A stretch of 63,463 nt of DNA, filler included, from Octopus bimaculoides (Eukaryota), in assembly GCF_001194135.2 (NCBI RefSeq). It is 8 parts of 7 records of this genome, joined end to end, with 100 filler letters (N's around TTAATTAATTAA, not from the genome) between each part and the next. Parts side by side here need not be neighbours in the genome. Positions count along the whole stretch, not along the records: positions 1 to 10,932 come from NC_068993.1; positions 11,033 to 18,786 come from NC_068983.1; 6 more parts are not named here. One strand, 5' to 3'. Of this stretch, positions 1 through 11,235 are shown piece after piece. The position numbers were made by a program, and so were the translations under genes. Position 1 is the stretch's first letter. Every line of letters starts with the position of its first letter. The notes beneath the pieces are model-generated. The model was not told where the DNA came from and did not search any database. It saw only the letters and a program-made list of their open reading frames with translations.

Positions 1-236
1 GTTCGAAGATGGTCTGATTTTGATGTAACACGTGTGTTTACGATCGCTGTGCGGGTAGTGGAGGTATCAAGTTAAAATACATCATTATATTTGGAAAAAT
101 AGGAATAAATTTCAATGAGTATTACTTACTCGGGTATAGTCCAACCCTTTGTCAGCTATATTTGGGCTCCATGCGATGTCTTTATTTCCGATGTTTTTGG
201 ATAAGTTTCGGAGCAGTGATTTATCGTACTCACATC

Positions 237-303
<67 letters not shown>
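237..303. repeat. (TTA)n microsatellite
   Basis: Pure TTA repeat read directly; source of the poly-Ile ORFs in the track. Confidence 0.97.
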
Positions 304-305
<2 letters not shown>

Positions 306-1540
306 GTACATATGTGTGTGTGTGTGTATGTTTCGGAGTAGATGAAACAAGGACAACTGACGAAGGGGTATACTCTTTATGTTGCATGCCTCGTTTCTCT
401 GGTTGTTTGTTTTTTGTTCGAAAAAAGTTCGTTTTCTATGTTTTCATTATGTAGTGTGTGTGAACGAGTACCTTCTAGTAAAGGGTGGTACTATTTTCAC
501 ATAGTAAAATATTGAGTAGGCGTGCGTTAAGAAATATAACGACTGTGAAATATAACCGACCAGTTATGACATCACGAAAGCAAACAAAAAAATGAATGTC
601 ATGTTGAGGGTTGTCTCAAACTCAAGATATGATGAATGGGTCTGTTAAGAAACGTGATAGATTAATGCAGGAAAATGGTTATCAGTTGGATAATCCAGAA
701 GAAAGGGAACCAGATATCACAAGTAATGAAGCGCGATAGGAATCTTTGAAATGAGCCGGGTGACAAACACACACACGCACAAAAAAAAAGACAAGTTTCA
801 AAAATAAAACATTAAAACAAAAAGTAACGAAAGTATTTTCTTTGTCTCTTGGTATTTCACTCGATAATGAAAGTGGATCTAAACCGGAAGAAGCTGATGA
901 AAAATAAATAAACAAAATGAACTTTGATTACAGGATGAAAAAAGAGAAAAGGCTTTTGAATTTCAGAATAAATGGTGGTGAGGCTGATAGTAAAGGAACG
1001 ATAAGGTTTGGGATAGAGATAGTAACGTCGTGGGTTAGCAAACCAAACGAACAAATGGTTACTTAAATCATCCCTTTTGTTTCTTTCTATCTTCCCTTCT
1101 TTCTTTCGTTCTTTTTTCTTTCTTCCTTCCTTTCTTTCTTCTCTTCTCTGTTGCTAATTCTTCAGTTAATTATAATAACAATGCAGTTTAATATTCATTA
1201 ATCTTTAGAAATGCACGTTGGTGGATTCGAGAAGATTTTGCAGTCATTACTAAGCAGAGATAATGAGCATAAATAAATAAATAAATTAATTAATAGATAA
1301 ATAAATAAATAAATAAACAAAACAGAAACAAATAAATAAATATTCCTTGAAATGTCATCCTCAAAGATCTCAGCTATGCAACAGCGAAAACATTTTTAAA
1401 AAAGTAATAAATATAACAATATAAAAAATAGCACTTCTTAAAAGAAAAAAAAACATTTTTGAGAAGTACACAAGGCATAGTTGATTAAGCTTCAAACAAG
1501 TAAAAAAGGATTCTGTTGCCGTTAGCCCTTTACCAGTGCA

Positions 1541-1880
1541 GTGTTTTATAAATGATCAAAGTAGCTAACTGAAAACCATCTTGATGTATGCAGTTTTATA
1601 TATATCCAAGGTAGCAAGTCAAAAGTATCTTGGTTTATATAGTTTTATAAATAACTAATGTAGTTAACAGAAAACTATCTTCGTCTGTGTACGTCCATAA
1701 ATTACTATGGGAGGTAACACGAAATCGTCTTGTTTGATTTATGCAATTTTAAATATGGCCAAGGTAGCTAACTGGAAAGCGTTTTTTATATGTCGTTTTA
1801 TAAAATGGCCAAGATAGTTAACTCAAAACAGACTTCATCTATGTAATTTTATATCTACCCAATAGAGCTAAATCTAAAGC
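1541..1880. repeat. Degenerate ~50-bp minisatellite, about 7 units
   Basis: A GTAGCTAAC-like core preceded by (G/A)TTTTATA..CCAA recurs near 1561, 1611, 1660, 1711, 1764, 1814 and 1864 (spacing 49-53 bp). Confidence 0.75.
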
Positions 1881-2033
1881 GTCTCGGTCCCTCAAAATTG
1901 CTGGCCTTGAGCCAAAATAAGAAAAAATATACACCGTATTGGGAGACAATAATACCTTCATTGTCTCCCAATATGGTGTATAATTCTTCTTATTTTGGCT
2001 CAAGGCCAGCAATTTTGAGGGACCGAGACGCTT
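1877..2033. repeat. Long inverted repeat (74-bp arms, 9-nt loop)
   Basis: 1877-1950 pairs with 1960-2033: 71 of 74 Watson-Crick pairs, one G:T, two mismatches (A1924:C1986, A1927:A1983); loop AATACCTTC. Confidence 0.95.
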
Positions 2034-2094
2034 CTCCCTCATGCCTACCCTTCATTCTTCCAATTCGTAAATTTCGTTTCCAATATTTATATCT

Positions 2095-2901
2095 CCATAT
2101 TCACCATCCTCTTCTCCTTTCTCCTCCTTTGCGCCGACGTCTGCCACCAACACCAGCATCAACACCACCACATCACCATGTTCACCACCATCAACACCAT
2201 AATAACATCACATCTCAACCTTCACTCCACCATCACCACCATCATCATCACCGCCGCCACCGCTACACAGAAACATTACCAACAGTAAGTCCATCGACAA
2301 CAAAATCAGGCACAACCTCCACAAAATGTGCGACACCATCACCAGACCACCACCACACAATCAACACATTCTTACCATCCTTCCATTCCAGGCCAGGACT
2401 GCTATCTTAACCTCTAACTACACACTACCACCAGCAATACCACTACTGCACGTAAAGGTTACCACTACCAACAAATTCATAACCGGCAACGGCACAGCAG
2501 CATCATCAGCAACAGCATCACCGGTAACTCCTCACCGCCAAAAAATGGCCAACAGCATCGCCATCATTACAACGACCACTAGCAAAAACTTGTCAACAAC
2601 GAACTTCACTTCTGCGGCATCGATCACCATCAGATGCACTTTCAGAAAATCTAATGCCGTACCGTTATCATTAACTCCGACAGCTCTACCATTATCACCA
2701 CTACCACTATCACAGCTATAACAACAACAATCATATGGTACTGCACTCTTACCACCAGAGCCCGGCCCGCACCCCACAGTTACAAAACATAACCACTACA
2801 GCTCAAAACCTTTCGAACCACTAACAGTACCGGCAAACTCATTACGGAAATATGCAGCCTGGAAAATCGCAACCACAGACTTGCTGCCGCTGCTGCTGCT
2901 G

Positions 2902-2950
<49 letters not shown>
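2095..2950. repeat. Cryptic CAC/CAT/ACC low-complexity tract ending in (GCT)n(ACT)n
   Basis: Degenerate trinucleotide repeats; its His/Thr-rich ORFs are compositional. Confidence 0.8.
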
Positions 2951-2952
<2 letters not shown>

Positions 2953-3566
2953 AATTTGACGAGATTTCAAGTATTCTCAATCAAGTAATAGAAATGTACT
3001 TCAAATGTAAATTGCAGATACATTTTTTATTTATTCATTTATAAATTTACTTGTTCATTTGTAAATCTATTTATATTTTCATTTATTTAATTATTTATTC
3101 ATTTATTTACTTGTTCATTTATTTATTTATATATTAATTTGCTGTCAACAATGAAATAAGGCCACGGGTTATGAAAGAAACGAAACTGAACAACATGAAA
3201 GAAATACAAAACAACTACAACAATAGCAACAACAACAACATCATTAGTGAACAACAACGATGATAACCACAGCTGCATATAGGACAGCTACAACAAAAGC
3301 CCCAAACTAAAAAAAATAAAAATGTATAAATAAAATATTCAGCAATCAGCAATGTTTCATTATCATCACAGAGAAATTAAAATTGGCAAATGAGCTGCAA
3401 AAATTTTTTTCCACTTTTAAAGTATCTTTATTAGATATGTTAACAAAGCATATGTGTGTATATGTAAATATGTGTGTGTGTGCGTGTGTATGCGTATATA
3501 ATTATAGGCACAATTATTCGTGTGTATATGTTTGCAAGTACGTATCTTTACATACACATATCCACA

Positions 3567-3631
<65 letters not shown>

Positions 3632-3843
3632 ATATTATTAGGGACAAAATCCAAATTACAGGTAAAATACTCAATTAAAATCNNNNNNNNNNNNNNNNNN
3701 NNNNNNNNNNNNNNNNNNNNNNNNNNNNNNNNNNNNNNNNNNNNNNNNNNNNNNNNNNNNNNNNNNNNNNNNNNNNNNNNNNNNNNNNNNNNNNNNNNNN
3801 NNNNNNNNNNNNNNNNNNNNNNNNNNNNNATATATACATATAT

Positions 3844-3844
<1 letters not shown>

Positions 3845-3878
<34 letters not shown>

Positions 3879-3879
3879 C

Positions 3880-3916
<37 letters not shown>

Positions 3917-3932
3917 AACATACATACATACA

Positions 3933-3966
<34 letters not shown>
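3845..3966. repeat. Compound (GATA)n(CATA)n microsatellite
   Basis: Read directly, right of an N gap. Confidence 0.95.
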
Positions 3967-4595
3967 CATGATGGCTGCCCCCTCGTTATCGAGTATGGCC
4001 ACTGCACGAAGCTTAACTTAACGGTGCTGTGATCGAATGCGAATTTTTAGTCCAGCCAAAGATTTACAATGTCTTGCACAGAGTTGGCATCCAAAACCTT
4101 TACTGGCAATACATACATACATATATACATACATACATATATACATACATACATACATACATACCTATATAGTGTGTGTGACCTCGAAGAATATTACGAC
4201 CATTACTGATGATTTATGTTATCCTAGACGTTAAAACAATGGCTGTCAGCATTGCGCGTGCTGAAATTTAAAGTCGCACAACACCGTAAGAATGTCGCGT
4301 CTAAATGCAAGCAGTCTAGAAACAGGCATGACCATGATGCCCGGCTTGAACATGAGGCGAGTGTTATATCCGAATGTTCTTCACATAGAATTTTGTCTAA
4401 ACCTTTGACAAGATTTTCTTTCTCCTCCTCTCAGCCTGCAGGTTATCCAACAAAACCTAAGCAGTCTTGATGAGGTTTATTCTGATGTTACTATTAGCCA
4501 TTTGCTTTTTTGTAGCGTGAAATGATACACGTATATACATATATGCAAGCATACATGCATTCATGTGTGTGTGTTCGCGTGCGAGTGCATAAGTG

Positions 4596-4631
<36 letters not shown>

Positions 4632-4896
4632 ACTTGTATCCTTACTGACTTCGAAATAATAACTGTGGTGATTTATTCGAATAGAATACATGTTAAAGTC
4701 AACTAATTCAATTATTGTGTCATTTATTTGGTCAATGAAAAGCAGGGATTGGAGGAAGCCTGGCACGAATACGTCCGTCAGAACGCTATGAGTAAAAAAA
4801 AACCTGGCTAAGAAAGCGTTGAGTAAGGAAGTGAGGAATGGGTTTAGGTAATATCCACCTGGCGATTCATACAAAGTGTAAATTGTGTGTGTGTGC

Positions 4897-4939
<43 letters not shown>

Positions 4940-5329
4940 TGTGTGTGTACACATATGTGTATATGTATTTATGTATGTATGCGTCAGCTTATTACTCTAA
5001 ATTGGTTGAGTGTTAAGTTTAACAAGGCCAAGTTAGTTTTTATGTTAAGAAAATATTATAATCAATAAGACCGCTGAAAAGCCAATATTTTAGAATTTCA
5101 TTGCAACCGAAATTTTATTTTGCTTTATTAAAAGCTACAAAACATAATTAAGAAATAGAGGGTGAAAGTTTTTTTTTTGTCTTCGACACTAAAATCCAAT
5201 TGTTGAGATGATAATTCTTTCTAATTTTGGCACAGAGCCAGAATAGTTAAGACGATCATGATAACCTTTCAATGTTCATTGCACCTAGAGGTACCATAAT
5301 TATCACAAATTCTGACACAGTAGAATGTA

Positions 5330-6356
5330 GGTTAGCCGATTGCATCGGCCCTATTCTTCAAATGGTACTTATTTCATTGACCTCGAGAAAATGAAAGCCA
5401 AAGTTGACCATCGTGCTTTTTGAATTCTTAAGTTAAAATGCCCGAAGAAATGCTGCCAAGCATTTTGTCCGGCACGCTAACGATTCGCCAATTTGCCGCC
5501 TTGAATAAGCACAAGACCTGACATTTTGCAGAAGCAGGGTCGTCGGTTACATCGACTCCAGTGTATAAATTCTTTTACTGAACTCGAAATAATGAAAGAT
5601 TGACGACTGTGGAATACTCAGAGTATGAAAACCGATAAAATGCCTTGTCCAGCATCCGAACAATTCTACTAACTCGCCTCCTATAGAATAATTATTTCTG
5701 TTATAGGCACATCGCCTGAAACGTACGGTGAGAGAGTTAATCGATTATGTCGACTCCATTACGAAACTGGTACTTACTTTATTGACTCCATAAGTATGAA
5801 AGGCAAAGGTGACCTCAGCCGAATTTAAACTCAGAATGTAAATCCAGACGAAATGCCGCTAAGTATTTTGCCCGGCGTGCTAACGATTCTGCCACCTCAC
5901 CGGCCTTAGCCGCCTGTAGAATAATCCTTTCTACTAAAGGCGCAAGGCTTGAAATTTTAGAGGGGAGAGGAGCAGCCGATTACACCGACCCCTGATTCAT
6001 TGGTACGTAATTTATCGACCTCGAAAGGAGGAAAGGCAAAGTCGACCTCAGCGGAATTTGAACTCAGAACGTAAAGAGGGGCGAAATGCTGCTAAGAATT
6101 TTGCTAACGATTCTATCAGCACGCTTTACCCGCCAGTAGAATAATGAAAACAAACTCTTTATACTATAAACACAAGACACGAAATTATGCGTGGTGCAAG
6201 CTTGTCGATTTTATCAACCTCCAGTGCTTGGCAACTACTTAATTTATCGTTCCCCAAAAAGAAGAAAATAAGTCAGCCTCACGACATTTCAACCCACAGA
6301 AGAAGAAATGTTGCTAAACATTTTGTCTGGCGCGACAAAAATTGTCAGCTCACTGC
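5330..6356 (-). mobile_element. Head-to-tail array of five tRNA-derived SINEs (family A)
   Basis: Copies at ~5330-5500, 5509-5681, 5703-5914, 5927-6134 and 6164-6356. Each is a diverged reverse complement of GGCGGCGAGCTGGCAGAATCGTTAGC (A box) ... GAGTTCAAATTCC (B box) ... CCTTGTGCC. Confidence 0.85.
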
Positions 6357-6409
6357 ATTGTATAATAACGGTATTGGTAATAATTATTTTTTATATTTTT
6401 TCTTTCATT

Positions 6410-6772
6410 TTTTATTTCCTTCAGTCATTTGGCTGCAGCCATGCTGGAGCACCTCCTTTAGTCGAACAAATTGACCCTAGGACTTACTCTGTCGGACATT
6501 TTTGCCGAACTGCTAAGTTACGGAGACGTCAACACACCAACATCGGTTGTCAAGTGATGGTGTGTGTGTGTGGGGGGGCAAACACAGACGCACAAACATA
6601 AACATATATATATATATATACGATGGGCTTCTTTCAGTTTCCGCCTACCAAATCCACTCACAAGGTTCTGATCGGCCTGAAGCTATAGCAGAAGACACTT
6701 GCACAAGGTGAGATTGAACACGGAATAGTGTGGTTGGTAAGCAAGCTACTTACCACACAGCCACTCCTACCC
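6410..6772 (-). mobile_element. SINE family B (tRNA head, CORE-like body, internal TA/TG microsatellite)
   Basis: Matches the near-full-length copy at 36426-36851 in reverse orientation. Confidence 0.85.
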
Positions 6773-7328
6773 AAAGAATACCCACTTTAACATGGCTGTC
6801 CGTTCGAGCGGACTCTACTGCGAACGATGCACTGTTGCATCCGACAAAATTGCGAGCATGGGAGTGAACACCTACCAACTTCTAGCGACGGGACCAGTAG
6901 ACCAGTCCTGGTTTCGGGATATTTCTACCACTCCTTGGCACTGGACTCTTGCTCTGCTAGAGTAATAGAAAACATAATTATCTGACATGTACAAGACCTC
7001 GGATAATGTGGAAAGGAACGGTAAAATATTATGGCGACATTGCTAACGTTTCGTATCAAGGTATTTAGAAGTAATACATTTACGTAGGTACAATGCCCAC
7101 GATATACCCTATTTCTACAAAAAAAAAAAAAAAAAAAATGAAACGAAAGCAAGAGAAGATGACATATTTTTCACACTTCTATCTGTCAAATCCTAATATG
7201 AATTTTCGTGTTAGTGAAAAAAATGTAATCAATAATTTTGTTGGAAAACCAATATTTTAGAATTGCTTTTCATCCAGAATTTATTTTTATTGTTGCTGTC
7301 GTTGTTGCTGTTGTTATTAATATTATTA

Positions 7329-7407
<79 letters not shown>

Positions 7408-8926
7408 NNNNNNNNNNNNNNNNNNNNNNNNNNNNNNNNNNNNNNNNNNNNNNNNNNNNNNNNNNNNNNNNNNNNNNNNNNNNNNNNNNNNNNNNNNNNN
7501 NNNNNNNNNNNNNNNNNNNNNNNATATATATATGTAGATATATGCATATATATGTATATATGTAAAAACGTATATATGTATGTGTTTATAATATATACAT
7601 AAATTTATGTATATGTATATATATGTATATATGCATATATATATATATGTAGATATATGCATATATATGTATATATGTAAAAACGTATATATGTATGTGT
7701 TTATAATATATACATAAATTTATGTATATGTATATAAATACATACATATTAAAGTGTTGAAATTACTAACTATTGCTTCATTCCTACACACAATATCGAC
7801 GCTACCCAAGTTTAAATAACTAATTACCAATATGCCACGAGAGTGTTTGTATTTTTTCTAACATAGAATATTTATAGCTGTTCAGCAAGTGGTTAGAATA
7901 TGTATTAATTTATGCATAGAGTATTAGACAACTGTAAAATAACTGATAAAATTTATATAAAGGAAACATATTCGAAGTATAAATTATAGAAAAAAAATTG
8001 AATATGATTCATACATAAGCGTATGTATTACAACAAGTATGCGTGTGCATTATACGCGTTTATATACGACGGCATATAGTTATAAAATTTTGTCTTAATA
8101 AACAAAACGCATGTAAATTGAGAAATAACTGACGGGCAATAATGTAACATGGGCAATAGACACGCAACCGGCATCTGTGATGATATATATGCATAGTTAT
8201 GTTTAGTTCATTTGTCAGCTATACGGCATACATACTTACAATTAAACTCGCTCACACACAACATCGCATTTATATACAACCCCCACCATTTACTGACTTA
8301 TATATATATATATATATATATATATNNNNNNNNNNNNNNNNNNNNNNNNNNNNNNNNNNNNNNNNNNNNNNNNNNNNNNNNNNNNNNNNNNNNNNNNNNN
8401 NNNNNNNNNNNNNNNNNNNNNNNNNNNNNNNNNNNNNNNNNNNNNNNNNNNNNNNNNNNNNNNNNNNNNNNNNNNNNNNNNNNNNNNNNNNNNNNNNNNN
8501 NNNNNNNNNNNNNNNNNNNNNNNNNNNNNNNNNNNNNNNNNNNNNNNNNNNNNNNNNNNNNNNNNNNNNNNNNNNNNNNNNNNNNNNNNNNNNNNNNNNN
8601 NNNNNNNNNNNNNNNNNNNNNNNNNNNNNNNNNNNNNNNNNNNNNNNNNNNNNNNNNNNNNNNNNNNNNNNNNNNNNNNNNNNNNNNNNNNNNNNNNNNN
8701 NNNNNNNNNNNNNNNNNNNNNNNNNNNNNNNNNNNNNNNNNNNNNNNNNNNNNNNNNNNNNNNNNNNNNNNNNNNNNNNNNNNNNNNNNNNNNNNNNNNN
8801 NNNNNNNNNNNNNNNNNNNNNNNNNNNNNNNNNNNNNNNNNNNNNNNNNNNNNNNNNNNNNNNNNNNNNNNNNNNNNNNNNNNAGAGAGGGAGAGAGAGA
8901 GAGGTTGAGAGAGAGAGGGAGAGAGA

Positions 8927-9082
8927 GAGTAGCTGTGTGGTAAGTAGGTTGCATACCAACCTAATACTTCCAGGTTCATTCCCACTGCCTGGCACCCTGG
9001 GCAAGTGTCTTCTACTATAGCCTCGGGCCGACCAAAACCACGTGAGTGGATTTGGTACACGGAAACTGAAAGAAGCCCGTCG

Positions 9083-9114
<32 letters not shown>

Positions 9115-9335
9115 TGTATGCATGTATTTATGTATATATGTATGTGTTTATTTCTGTGTGTTTGTACCCCCACTATCGCTTGACAACCGACGTTGGTGTG
9201 TTTGTGTCACCGTAACATAACGGTTGGGCAAAAAGTGAACGATAGAAAAAGTACTAGACTTACAAAGAATAAGTTATGGGGTCGATTCGTTCGACTAAGG
9301 GTAGTGCTCCAGCATGGCTGCATTCAAATGGCCAC
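8927..9335 (+). mobile_element. SINE family B
   Basis: GTAGCTGTGTGGTAAG head, GGCACCCTGGGCAAGTGTC CORE-like motif, internal (TATG)n, 3' half ending GCTCCAGCATGGCTGCA. Confidence 0.85.
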
Positions 9336-9918
9336 TTGTATTTGAATACTATGCATATATTCTTAAAAAAAAAAACTTTTCTTTTAATTTTTTCCGAAAT
9401 TAAATTGTTTTCTATACTTACAATTGAAAAAATCGCAATAATTAAAACCGGTACTGAAATGTTTTTATAAAATTATTTTAGCATTTTCTACCTTGTCATT
9501 TTTTCCATACATATTACCTCGTGTGTTTCTTTTCAACCTTCTGCATATATCTAAGAAAGCGAGAGAGAGAGGTTATGAGAGGTAAAGGTGTCAATAAGAC
9601 CCGAAGGTGTCAGGTAATGCTGAGTAAGTGCTATGGACAGACTATAGTTAAGCTCCACACTCGATTCAATAACACTGTGTACTAACTCTATACTTGGAAT
9701 GACCAATTTTAAATACAATTGGAACTTACTCACAAGGTATTGGAATCTTATGTGTATACCATTCTGCCTAAATAATGGAACTACAGAGGCATATCTCACG
9801 TCTATTTTCATTCCTCCACTTCACTCTCTAGTTCATATCTTATCTAAAATAACTATTGCATACACACGCGCACACTCTCTCTCATACACACATACTCTTA
9901 TAGTATATATATATATAC

Positions 9919-9963
<45 letters not shown>

Positions 9964-10763
9964 NNNNNNNNNNNNNNNNNNNNNNNNNNNNNNNNNNNNN
10001 NNNNNNNNNNNNNNNNNNNNNNNNNNNNNNNNNNNNNNNNNNNNNNNNNNNNNNNNNNNNNNNNNNNNNNNNNNNNNNNNNNNNNNNNNNNNNNNNNNNN
10101 NNNNNNNNNNNNNNNNNNNNNNNNNNNNNNNNNNNNNNNNNNNNNNNNNNNNNNNNNNNNNNNNNNNNNNNNNNNNNNNNNNNNNNNNNNNNNNNNNNNA
10201 GAGACAGAGACAGAGAGAGACAGAGAGAGACAGAGAGAGAGAGAGAGGAGACAGCAAGAAGAGTGGGAGAGAGAGAAATTAAAGTGGCTACTTCAAAATT
10301 ATGAAAATGTTACAGGGCACGACAGACAGTCCAAACACATGTAAATAAATCAGCCATACTTGTGTGACTGGAACAGCCAAGATTGCGACACTAGCTCCAC
10401 TATAACTACGTTATAAATATAATTACACAAGATAAAAGATCACTCAAGTCAGAAGGTTAGTGTGTAAGTGTTTCCTATAGTAACATTATAGTTTCCTGTT
10501 GCTTCTCTATGCTTCTCCACATATACGCATACACACACAGCATCAAAAGAAGTGACTGGGCTGAATCGTGTGCGCGGGCGCATGTTTGTCTTTGCATATG
10601 TACGTATGTAAGATAATCGAGACTCTCAACATTGAAGATCAATATGAGAGCGCATAAACAACGCTTGAAAAATTGCTTGGAGATACATAGTGCACTATAA
10701 ATATGCCTAAAGTATCAGAAAATTCCCCTGTGGAATTAAATAACTTCCTATACATATATATAA

Positions 10764-10802
<39 letters not shown>

Positions 10803-10932
10803 GTAGTATATTGCCACTTAAGTGTGGCTGACCCCTAGGGGTGGATGTTACTGTTGCTTTTAGCCCCAGGAGGACATCTCCTCCAGCTGGCTTATCGACA
10901 CACGACTGTGTCCTGTTTGCCAAGGGAGTTAT

Positions 10933-11032
10933 NNNNNNNNNNNNNNNNNNNNNNNNNNNNNNNNNNNNNNNNNNNNTTAATTAATTAANNNNNNNNNNNN
11001 NNNNNNNNNNNNNNNNNNNNNNNNNNNNNNNN
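10933..11032. other. Synthetic assembly linker N44-TTAATTAATTAA-N44
   Basis: The identical 100-bp construct also occurs at 18787-18886, 22550-22649, 50365-50464, 54774-54873, 58026-58125 and 61837-61936; the 12-mer places stops in all six frames. Confidence 0.95.
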
Positions 11033-11235
11033 ATTTTACACATGCCTTACTTAGCGTCCCGGTTGCGTTTTAATCAAAAACAATTTCTAACTTATGGCAT
11101 ACTTCCAGTCCACAGCAGTATTATATCTCTTCCACTATTTAAGTATTACGTGTCAAAAATGAAACAAAAACACTGATGTCAATTCGAACCGGAATCTCCA
11201 AAACATTGTCCTCTTACATCTCATTCTCATTTAAG

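Noticed and set aside
7531-7734. Perfect 115-bp-period tandem duplication
   Set aside because: TA-rich, adjacent to a gap and identical; probably a collapsed or mis-joined repeat.
10977-10988. TTAATTAATTAA as a biological motif (piggyBac TTAA site, homeodomain site or CRISPR-like repeat)
   Set aside because: Always centred in exactly 44+44 Ns; a synthetic spacer.
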